Below are positions 14,150 through 24,810 of a stretch of DNA of 64,000 bases, piece by piece. The stretch spans positions 17,066,938 to 17,130,937 of the forward strand of contig NC_052146.1 in NCBI RefSeq assembly GCF_902713615.1, written 5' to 3'. Both the position numbers and the translations under genes were made by a program. Position 1 is the stretch's first letter. Each line of letters starts with the position of its first letter. The DNA is from Scyliorhinus canicula. Its lineage: Eukaryota. The notes under the pieces were generated by a model. The model worked only from the letters and a program-made list of their open reading frames with translations. It did no database searches and was not told the origin of the DNA.

Positions 14150-14467
14150 GATCCCCTGTTAATGAGCGAGTCCAACCATCAGATCGCCTGTTAATGAGCG
14201 AGTCCCACCATCGGATCCCCTGTTAATGAGCGAGTCCCACCATCAGATCGCCTGTTAATGAGCGAGTCCCACCAACAGATCGCCTGTTAATGAGCGAGTC
14301 CCACTATCGGATCCCTGTTAATGAACGAGTCCCACCATCGGATCCCTGTTAATGAGCGAGTCCCACCATCGGATCCCCTGTTAATGAGCGAGTCCCACCC
14401 ATCGGATCCCTGCTAATGAGCGATCCCACCATTTGGGATCCCCTGTTAATGAGCGACTCCCACCATC
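14150..14467. repeat. Minisatellite, about 10 copies of a ~32-bp unit (gatcccctgttaatgagcgagtcccaccatcg)
   Basis: Directly visible head-to-tail units with few substitutions or indels and no unique spacers. Confidence 0.95.
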
Positions 14468-14630
14468 TGCTATCAAGCTGCTGCTAACTGGTCAAACTGC
14501 TGCTTCCAGCGTAGCAAGGAACTGAACATCAAGCAATGTCCCCACTATCCCAGGATGCCTCAGCTGCCTGCACATTGGCTGAAGAGGGGGCCCTGATGGT
14601 GCGTATCCCTCTTTAAAATGTAGCATGTTT

Positions 14631-14844
14631 TTAAATGTAACCAATGGCCATGAAAGGTGCACGTAATACACTGACCCCGTGCTCACTGCACGACAGAGGA
14701 TTATTGTCCTGAGAGCATTTCAGTATCAGGGAGAACTCAGTGGTCCCCCCACCATCCATGAAATGTGCCTCCTTCATCATCTTGAAGAGGAACAGAGTAT
14801 CGAAGGCCAGCTCGGACTCTCCATGCTTGTGCCAGGTGGCGTTT
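14631..14844 (-). CDS. Exon 3 (terminal) of the uncharacterised secreted protein
   Basis: Acceptor tctttgtgtttcag; phase 2 matches exon 2. Reads (R)NATWHKHGESELAFDTLFLFKMMKEAHFMDGGGTTEFSLILKCSQDNNPLSCSEHGVSVLRAPFMAIGYI* (TAA). The three exons total 843 nt = 280 aa plus stop. Confidence 0.85.
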
Positions 14845-17447
14845 CTGAAACACAAAGATTGAAGGCGGGATGTGAGTATGATCTGGATATTGGGTGCAGC
14901 TTTCCTGGATTTGTCCTCCAGTTTCCCGAATGTACAGATACCCAGTGGGCAGCGTGTGTTCTCAGATTCAGACAGGAGTCAAAAAGCCTGAGAGAGAATC
15001 TCCCCTTCCAAAAACCTCCTTCCCACGCCGTGCCCTGTTGTGACCCTATTCATCAAATGGCCTTCAGTCAGACTTACATTTTTGTAGTATGAAGACAGGG
15101 AGCCAATGAAATTGATCAAAGATTAGGTGGAGTTAGGGTGGGGGCATGAATTTAGGTAGGGTGCTCTTTAGGCGGCACGGTGGCGCAGTGGTTTGCACTG
15201 CTGCCTTAAGCTGCTGAGGACCCGGGTTCGATCCTGGCCCAGATCACTGTCCATGTGGAGTTTGCACATTCTCCCCGTGTCTGCGTGGGTCTCACCCCCA
15301 CAACCCAAAGATGTGCAGGATTGGTGGATTGGGGAGAATGTACAAACTCCACACGGACAGTGACCCAGGGCCGGGATTGGAACTCGGGCCCTCAGCGCCA
15401 TAGTCCCAGTGCTAACCACTGCACCACCTGGCCACGCCAATTTGCCCCTTAATTGGAAAAAATAATTGGGTTCTCTAAATTAAAAAGAAAGGGTTGGGTG
15501 TCTTTCGGAGGGCACAGACTCGATGGGCCAAATGGCCTCTTTCTGCACTGCTGATTCTATGGTGAAGACAGGCAGCAGATTTTTTTTGTCTCTGGTCTGC
15601 TTCGGTGAATGGATTGATCAGTGGACAATTAGTGCGTGTTCATCGCCAGCCGATGTAAATTGGGTCATTGATGGAGTAGAGGAATTCCCAACTGAGGGAA
15701 GTAGCAATGATTTGACCAGCCAGCTTAAGGGCTACTTTTCAGATCTACTCCTGAGGGCTTCGTAGAGTCCCTACAGTGCAGGAGGCCATTCAGCCCATTG
15801 AGTCTGCTATGACCCTCTGAAAGAGCATCCTAACCTAAGCCCACCCTATCCCCATATAACTGATCGACACTGATGGTCAATTTTTATCATGGCCGATCCA
15901 CCTAACTTGCATGTGTCTTTGGAGCGTGAGAGGAAACCGGAGCATGCAGACACAGGGAGAACTTGCAAACTCCACACAGAAAGTCACCCAAGGTTGGAAT
16001 CAAACCTGGGTCCCTGGCACTGTGAGGCAGCAGTGCTAACCACTGTGCCATTTTCCACTAATCACCACATAACCTTGCCCAATGGGGTGTCCTTGATGAA
16101 GACAATTGGCGAGAAGCCTGTCAATGTTCTTCAAATTGTTAAACTCAGGCAGAGCTTCTGTATATATTTTGGAGAGTGGGTTGGGCTGGAGAGTCCGTGC
16201 CACACAAATACTTAGTTCTGCCAACCAAAGGCAGCACGGTGACGCAGTGGGTTAGCACTGCAGCCTCACGGCGCCAAGGTCCCAGGTTTGATCCCGGCTC
16301 TGGGTCGCTGTCTATGTGGAGTTTGCACATTCTCCCCGTGTCTGTGTGGGTTTCGCCCCCACAACCCAAAGATGTGCAAGCTAGGTGGATTGGCCACACT
16401 AAATTAATTGGAAAAAATGAAGTGGGTACTCTAAATTTTTTTTATTTTTTTTAAAGTTCTGCCAACCAGCTCCCTAGATTTGGGATGTACTATTGCAGGT
16501 GACTGTGCAGTTAACCTTGGGCAAACAGATGCTCAGGAGCAACTTCCAAGTTCTTCTCCAAGCCACACATTGTCCTGACCTTGTCCTTGGACAATATTGG
16601 TACAATATTGGCCATTCCTTCATTGTCACTGGGTGGAAATGTTGGAACACCATCTCTAGCAGCACGGTGGGTGTATCTACTCCTACATGGGCTGCAGCGG
16701 TCCAAGAAGGCAGCTTACCACCAACTCCTCAAGAGCAATTGGGGATGGGCAATAAATGCTGACCTTGCCAACAATGCTCTGAATAAATCAATAGTTTGGT
16801 TTGGAGACCTCAGACATGAATGACTGCCATCCGAGGTCAGGGAACACTTGCAGCGGGCAGCCAGAAAAAGCACACCACGCTCCAACAATGTGACCCGATC
16901 AATTCAAAAAGAAAATCTGGTTTATTGCCATTTTTTTATAATCTTCTCAGACTTTTAGTACCTCTTTCCTCGAGATATATTTCTACAAGCACAAGGCTCC
17001 CTCAGTTACCCTGGCCAAAGGTCATTATCTACGCATAGCTATAGACAAGGAATGTTGTCAGGCTGTTGGGGTCGGTAAGGCATCACAGTGTAGACCAATC
17101 ATCACCCGACGAAGGCAGAAAACATTTCCACCAGTGGTTTCTGGATGGCGAATGGAAACTGCCCTGAACTTTCTCTACCCCAGGGGATGGAAGATTCACT
17201 GTAGATGTCTGTGATCTTTCCCCATAATTCAGGAACTCTGACCGGAAATTAGTTCACAAGAAGGTTCTGAACATTTACTTCAATCTCAAATTGATATTTT
17301 GTATGAATTCTACATTTTTCACTGCAGCATCAACCCAGGGACCCTCCTCCCTCTATGGCTCTGCAGTCCAATCAGATCAATCCCCGGTGACAACGATGGG
17401 GAGTTTTATTACCGGATTGCGATCAACATGGTTTGATGTCTCCTTAC

Positions 17448-17607
17448 CTTGTGGTTTTGCTAACAGTGATGCCCTGCCTTTTTGCCCTTATCTCTGCCTC
17501 CAACACCACCCTGTCTGGGTTGGCAATGTGCACGTGCAGCTGAGCTCGGAGTACGTCCAGATTCAGATACTCTGGCCTCAGGAAGAACTCCATCTTCCTT
17601 TCATTAT
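17448..17607 (-). CDS. Exon 2 of the uncharacterised secreted protein
   Basis: Acceptor ctttcttgtttcccag and donor AG|GTAAGG. 160 nt, phase 1 to phase 2, open frame (H)NERKMEFFLRPEYLNLDVLRAQLHVHIANPDRVVLEAEIRAKRQGITVSKTT(R). Not in the ORF track. Confidence 0.85.
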
Positions 17608-19643
17608 CTGGGAAACAAGAAAGGTGTTTGTGACCATTCGCTCCAGTCCATTTTGCTTCATCTTAAACAGCCCAACTGGTTGCTTTTGTATAAGAAATAT
17701 ATGAATATAATATATCTGAAATGAAGCAGAACGCATTGCATCCAATTGACAAGGATTGAGTCTAAAAGCATTTTATAAAGAGACAACATCTTCATTTTCA
17801 ACTCGTGCATAACCAATCCAAAGCTTTGTTAAAATAAATTTAGAGTACCCAATTATTTTTTTCCAATTAAGGGGCAATTTAGCATGATCAATCCACCTAG
17901 CCTGCACATTTATGGGTTGTCGGGTGAGACCCACGCAGACATGGGGAGAATGTGCAAACTCCACATGGACAGTGACCCAGAGCCGGGATCGAACCTGGGT
18001 CCTCAGCGCTGTGAGGCAGCAGTGCTAACCATTAGGCCATCGTAACCAATCCACAGCTGGCCCATCGTTCCTTTCCATACAAGATCAGAAATGTTTTGTA
18101 CACATGGCCAAGAGGAAAATGTGGTTGTTTTTTGATGTTTCAGAATTTTATATTTACTGATTGAAGCAGCCATTGTACACAATCCAATACCACTGTCCCC
18201 AAATCTCACACCTGGCAATCATTCTCAGGATATTTATGTTACAATAAACTTTCTGCAGCTGTAGAATAACATGTTTCAAAGGAAATTCTTTCCCCAAAGT
18301 CAGTGGTGGAGATTTAAGGCATCAAAGCATTCTTGACTGGAGTTTAAAACCCATCTTGCTCTGCGCCCCTTCCCATATTCTTGCTACACAACCTCTACTT
18401 TCAACACCAGCAGGTTAGCACCGCTGTCTCACAGTACCAGGGACCCTGGGTTCGATTCCTGGCTTGGGTCACTGTCTATGTGGAGTCTGCAGATTGTCTG
18501 CATGGGTCCTCCCAAAGCCCAAAGATGTGCAGGTTATGTGGATTTTGTATAAGAAATATATAAATATAATACATTTGAAACGAAGCAGAACCCATTGTAT
18601 CCAATTGACAAAGATTGAATCTAAAACATTTTATCAAGAAACAACATCTGTGTTCACATCATACATAACCAATCTGAATCTTTTTTTTTGTTTTTTATTT
18701 TATTTTAGAGTACCCAATAATTTTTTTCCAATCAAGAGGCAATTTAGCGTGGCCAATCCACCTAGCTTGCACATTTTTGTGTTGCGGGGTGAAACCCACG
18801 CAAACACATGGAGAATGTGCAAACTCCACATGGACAGTGACCCAGAGCCGGGATCGAACCTGAGACCTCGGCACCGTGAGGCCGCAGTGCTAACCCACTG
18901 CACCACCGTGCTGCCCTCGAATCTTTTTCTTTAAATATAAATTTAGAGAACCCAATTTTTTTTTTCCCAATTAGGGGGCAATTTAGCATGGCCAATCCAC
19001 CTAGCTTGCACATCTTTGGGTTGTGGGGGAAAGACCTAGGCAGACGCTAAATTTGTCCCTTAGTGTCCATTGGGTGGGGTGGGGGATTGGAGCTGGGTAG
19101 GGTGCTATTTCAGAGGGTGGGTGCAGACTCGACGGGCCGAATGGTCTCCTTCTGCACTGTAACGATTCTATCATCCCCTTGGGGCCACTTAACCCCTTGA
19201 CTCTCAATTCCAGTTCCATGTGCGAATTCAACCACCTCCCCCCTCCACAACTTTTCTACACGATCGTTTATTTGTTTAAAAACTCCGCTTGACTATTGCT
19301 GAGAAATGAATGGATGGGGCAGTATCTCACTGATGCCTTCCTCTCCGATTCTAGCTCCAACTCCTTGCCACCCCACCCCAGTAAAAAGCTTTGGGTGCCT
19401 CCTCTCTGTTCACTTCTCAGAAGCTGAGAATGGTAAGTCAACTTACAAATAACTGGCACTATATAAATGCAGTAAGAGGTGGGAGCCACTTCTCTCTGCC
19501 TTCTGCAACCTGAAGGTGCATTTTTCTAATAACTACATAAGGGGATGGTTAAGCTAAGCACAATTATCCAGCTGAGTCCAAACTCCCTGTGCTATTTCTC
19601 AAGCAGAAACTCTAACCCCGCTGCTGTTGTTGCTGATACTTAC

Positions 19644-20112
19644 GCCCAATTAAACGCCCTTGGTAACCTTTTATCCTCTTACACGGGTATCCCAGTTTGC
19701 AACAGATGTAGAAACGCCTCATGAAGACCATCAGGTGCCAGAGTGGGAAGACCTTCCAGGGGGGCTCGGTGGAGGCGGTGGTGACAGTCACCTTGTACAG
19801 GACATGCCTGGAGAGTGAGGCTGGCGAGTGGCTGGCTGCTGATGACCAGCTCTCACTCGACCTGGAGCAGTGAGAGTGCCTCAGCCCGGCCACGGTCTCC
19901 CTCCTGCCCATCCGCTTGTTGCTGCCCCTCTCCCAGGGCTCTTCTTCCCTCAGCTCCATCTCCAGGCTGCTGCTGCTGCCGCCGCTGAGGAACCGGTAGA
20001 GCAGCTCCTCGTCCTCGGGAGGGAAGGAGCTGGTGGGGCTCCCCTGCTGGGGATGGGCAGGCAGGGCCCAGGGGAGCTGCAGCAGGTACAGCAGCAACAA
20101 GGCTCGAAGCAT
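19644..20112 (-). CDS. Exon 1 of an uncharacterised secreted protein (280 aa, TGF-beta-prodomain-like)
   Basis: Kozak-type accATGC at 20112; hydrophobic signal peptide MLRALLLLYLLQLPWALPA; KRMGRR basic site; RRFYICCKLGYPCKRIKG motif; strong donor C|GTAAGT at 19643. 469 nt, ends in phase 1. Confidence 0.88.
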
Positions 20113-20745
20113 GGTCTCTCTCTCTCTCTCCCCCAACAAGTGGCTGCTTCTGCACTGGGAAGGTCACCAGCTTCTAAACTCCTTGCCTGTGGAAGAGACA
20201 GCAGTGATCACTGATCCTCAGACAGAATCATTTATGTTGGTGCCAGGAAGGTATTCCTCTCCCACAAGGGTTTCAGCATTCCCAGGGTGTGTCTGGCCTT
20301 CTGGCGTCCACCCATGTTAAAAGACATTTGCGTATGAATGGGATTGAAAAGCTACAATAAGACTTCTACTTAATGGTTTTCACTGCCGCGCCCCCCCCCC
20401 CCCCCCAAGTGGGGGTTGGCAGCACTTAACAAAATTGGAAACGGTGCTATTGATTTGGGGGAATGAAGCAAATGGAGGTAACATCATTCCAGGTTTGGAG
20501 CTGATTACTAAATCACTTCTTGGTTTACAGCTGGGTTAAACATGGTTACAATGGAGTTTGCACATTCTCCCCGTCTTTGCATGGGTTTTGCCCCCACAAC
20601 CCAAAGACGTGCAGGGTAGGTGGATTGGCCATGCTAAATTACCCCTTAATTGAAAAAAAAAAGAATTGAGTAGTCTTATTTTTAAAAAATATGGTTACAG
20701 AATTATTTGCCCAGATCCCACTTCACAGCCGGCCTCCAGAACGAT

Positions 20746-21048
20746 GGGGCAGCATGGTAGCGCAGTGGTTAGCACTGTTGCCTCACAGTGCCAGGGTCCC
20801 AGGTTCGATTCCGGGCTTGCGTCACTGTGCGGAGTCTGCATGTTCTCCCCGTGTCTGCGTTGTTTTTCCTCCGGGTGCTCCGGTTTCCTGCCACAAGTCC
20901 CAAAAGACGTGCTTGTTAGGTGAATTGGACATTCTGAATTCTCCCTCCGTGTACCCGAACAGGTGTCGGAATGTGGCGACTGGGGGATTTTCACAGTAAC
21001 TTCATTGCAGTGTTAATGTGCCGACTTGAGACACTAATAAATATTATT
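20746..21048 (+). mobile_element. V-SINE variant with an alternative tail ending aataaa(gat)tattatt (representative; also 3928-4210)
   Basis: The V core is followed by gtacccgaacagg…gaatgtggcgact…ttttcacagtaacttcattgcagtgttaatg. Confidence 0.75.
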
Positions 21049-22659
21049 AAAACTCTCTGAGTAGAACATGCTGTGACCTTTCAGCAGTTCAGGCATAAGG
21101 AGCTGTAGGTTCATCTTCCTATTTCAGATTTTCAGAATGCACAGCATTTTACTTTTATTATTAGTTCGTAAAGTTGCAGAAGGATGTTTTAATGAGATTG
21201 AACATTTATTGTACACTAATACAGTAGCCATTGCCGGTACTGGAGATCTGAAATAAATGGTCTGGCAGCATCTGTGGAGAAGGAGAAACAAGAATTTACT
21301 TTTCAAGTCCAGTATAACATTGATTCTCAGCTGAACAGCTAAAGGCTGCTTGGTCAGGTTGTTTTAATCTGGAACGCTTCTCCCTGAGATTTGGCGGAAT
21401 CCGATTCAATAATAACTTTCAAACGGGAGTTGCATAAATATTCCAAATGGGATATTGGTAGCACTATGGTGAAGAGGCCAGGCGAGTATAATAATAATAA
21501 AAATCTTTATTGACACAAGTAGGCTTACATGAACACTGCATTGAAGTTACTGTGAAAATCCCCTAGTCGCCACATTCCGGCACCTGTTCGGGTGCACTGA
21601 GGGAGAATTCAGAATGTCCAAATTACCTGGCAGCACTTTCAAGACTTGTGGGAAGAAACCGGAGCACCCGGAGGAAAAACAATGCAGACACAGGGAGAAC
21701 GTGCAGACTCCGCACAGACAGTACGGTAGCACTTTTGCTTCACAGCTCCAGATCCAGGGTCACAAGTTTCGATTCCCGACTTGGGTCACTGTGCGGAGTC
21801 TGCATGTTCTCCCCCTGTCTGTGTGGGTTTCCTCCGGGTGCTCCGGTTTCCTCCCACAGTCCGAAGATAAACAGATTAGGTGGATTGGCCATGCTAAATT
21901 GCCCTTCGTGTCCAAAAAAGATTAGGTGGGGTTACTGGTTTGCGGGGATAGGGTGGAGAGGTGTGGGCTTGGGTAGGGTTCTCTTCCCAAGGGCAGATGC
22001 AGACTCGATGGGCTGAATGGTCTCTTCCTGCACTGCAAATTCTATGATTCTATGACAGTGACCCAAGCCAGGAATCGAACCTGGGACCCTGATGATGTGA
22101 AGCAACAGTGCTAATCACTGTGCTGCCTTGCCACCCATTAGTGTGCAGGTAATAGGATTATTTTTCCGAAAGATCTGCAATGGATTGAATAGCCTCTTTC
22201 TGCGCTGAATCATTTGAACGGCAAACAATTATCCTCACTCTGGAAGGGTGGCATTAAATAAGAGGCCTTTGATTTGGGACCAGGTTTATTCCGAGATGAA
22301 CGAGCTGGAAATGGGAGATTGCAGCACTGCGGTTGATAACTGAGTATCCAGGTTGGTTTATCGACGGCACCTTATAGTTTTGTTGGCAATCTTCCCACTT
22401 GACTCCAGATTTTCACACAAACCCACACCCTGGTGCGTAAAGATAAAACGTTGGAACTAAAATCAGAAAATACAGGTCGCATTCTGCAGGTCGATCAGTA
22501 CCCAACTAAAAGCATGGGGTAGTTCCAGCTGGAGCTGGAATTTTACCTGTAATCCTGGAAGATATCCTGTGTAGATTTGAGTTGTTACACTCCAGGATCC
22601 CCAAATATTTGACTTGACCAACCTCTGGCTGAGTAAATGGCTCAGTAGAGGAAGAGATA

Positions 22660-22884
22660 GGGCAGCATGGTGGCCTAGTGGTTAGCACAACCGCCTCACG
22701 GCGCTGAGGTCCCAGGTTCGATCCCGGCTCTGGGTCACTGTCCGTGTGGAGTTTGCACATTCTCCCCGTGTCTGCGTGGGTTTCGCCCCCACAACCCAAA
22801 AATGTGCTGAGTAGGTGGATTGGACACGCTAAATTGCCCCTTAATTGGAAAAAATAATTGGGTAATCTAAATTTTTAAAAAAAA
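22660..22884 (+). mobile_element. Short V-SINE variant with A/T-rich tail and long TSD (representative)
   Basis: Lacks the ctccgggtgctccggtttcc segment, ends aattgggtaatctaaatttttaaaaaaaa, and is flanked by agtagaggaagagat on both sides. Confidence 0.85.
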
Positions 22885-24224
22885 AGTAGAGGAAGAGATC
22901 CGCCATGATCTGATTGAATGGTGGAGCAGGCTCGAAGGGCTGAATGGCCTCCTTCAGCTCCTAATTTCCTTGTTTCTATGATAATTATTTGGTCAAAAGC
23001 AAATGTAGCGTTCTGGTGCGTCAGCCGAATATTTCTCCTCTCCGTCAAATTTCTACTCCAATCCGTTTCTAATCCTCGACCTTCACTATTCTCCTGCTAT
23101 CATCCTCAACACCCCCTTGGATAAGCTGCCCACTGGCCTCTTGGCATCCCAAGCAGGGCCCATCAAGGCAATTGTCACTACGCCCCCCCCCCCCTCCCTC
23201 AAGAGCAGCAACCTCAGCTGTCCCACCCTACTCCATCACCAACCCAACCAAGCTGACTGAGGGACAGTCCTTCCCATTCCACTCACCCCTCGCACCACTG
23301 ACCCAGTGGACTCTCCGGAGAAAAAATAATCACCACCCCTGTCCACACCTCATTCCAGGTTGTCCATTCACTTGGCAACAAACTGCTTACCATCTGTGAA
23401 GTTATTGTGAATGGGTGCATTGCCGTCATGACCTGGACAGAAACTTGAGGGGCGGCACGGTGGCACAGTGGCGAGCATTGTGACCTCACAGTGCCAGGGA
23501 CCCCGGTTAAATTCTGGTCTCGGGTGTCTGTGCGGAGTCTGCACGTACTCCCCGTGTCTGCGTGGGTTTCCTCAGGTGCTCTGGTTTCCTTCCACAGTCC
23601 AAAGGTGTACAAGTTAGGTAGATTGACCATGTTAAATTGCTCCTTAGTGTCCAAAACAAGGGTAGCACGGTGGTGCAGTGGTTAGCACTGCTGCCTCACG
23701 GCACCAAGGACCCTGGTTCGATCCCAGCCCCGGGTAACTGTCTGTGTGGAGTTTGCACATTCTCCCCATGTCTGCGTGGGTATCATCCCCACAAGCCAAA
23801 AAGATGTGCAGCATAGGTGAGTTGGCCATGCTAAATTGTCCCTTAATTGGAAAAAAAAGAATTGGGTACTCTAAATTTATATTTTAAAAAATAGTGTCTA
23901 AAGATGTGCAGGTTAGGTGGGGTTACGGTGATAGGGCCGGGGTGTGGCCCGAGGTAGGGTGCTCTTTCAGCAGGTCGGTGCACAATCGATGGGCCAAATG
24001 GCTTCCTTCTGCACTGTAGGAATTCTATGATTCAATGAATTGTATGTTTTTTTATTTTATTTTAGAGTACCCAATTCATTTTTCCCAATTAAGGGGCAAT
24101 TTAGCGTGTTCAATCCACCTACCCTGCACATCTTTGGGTTGTGGGGATGAAACCCACGCAGACACGGGGAGAATGTGCAAACTCCACACGGACAGTGACC
24201 CAGAGCCTTTGCCCTGAAGAAGAA

Positions 24225-24810
24225 TCACCTGTATAGGGATTTGGTGAGGCTGCATCTGGTGGACTGCGCAGGGTTTTAAACCCCTTGAGGGAGGATATAA
24301 ATTCAGTACACGTGGTTCAGAGAAAGCTCACTGGATAGATTCCAGGGATGAAGGAATTAACTTATCAAGGGACATTGAGCAGTTTAGGCCTACACCCCCT
24401 GGAGTTTAGAAGAATGAGAGGAGATCTAATTAAGGTATATGTAATGCTAATGGAGGGTAGGCGTAGAGCGGGTGTTTCTCCTTGTTGGACATTCTAGAAC
24501 AAGAGGTCATAGTTTTATGCTATGGAGTGGCAGATTGAAATCAGAAATGAGGAGCAATCACTTCACTCAAATGGTCATGAATCTGTGGAACTCTCAATCC
24601 CAGTTGGTGTTCTGTCTGGCATCCACTGCCAGAACACTAACAAATTTAAGGAGGCGATAGGTTTTAAATTAGCAGTGGGAGGAAGGGTTAAGGGGAACAG
24701 GCAGGAGGGTGCACATGAGGCCAAGATGAGATCAGGCATGATCGTATTGAATGGCATAGCAGGCTCGGGGGGGCTGAATTGTCTACTCCTGCTCCTAGTT
24801 ATTATGTTCT
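24225..24810 (+). mobile_element. Degenerate CR1 LINE 3' fragment
   Basis: …SRTRGHS…SEMRSNHFTQ-V-NLWNS, the CR1 ORF2 C-terminal signature. A younger piece lies at 24995-25275 (FKTEMRRNFFSQRVVNLWNSLP). Confidence 0.75.

Noticed and set aside
14150-14467. CRISPR-like array of ~32-bp repeats
   Set aside because: Units are contiguous with no unique spacers, there are no cas genes, and the DNA is eukaryotic: a minisatellite.
13300-14630. A downstream exon encoding a TGF-beta cystine-knot domain for the novel gene
   Set aside because: I found no RxxR followed by C…W…P…CxGxC…CC…CxC in the minus-strand frames after exon 3, and exon 3 ends in an in-frame TAA. This was inspection by eye, not an exhaustive search.
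19612-20139. Single-exon 175-aa ORF as given in the track
   Set aside because: It starts at a TTG upstream of the Kozak ATG and runs through a strong GTAAGT donor into intron; the spliced model fits better.
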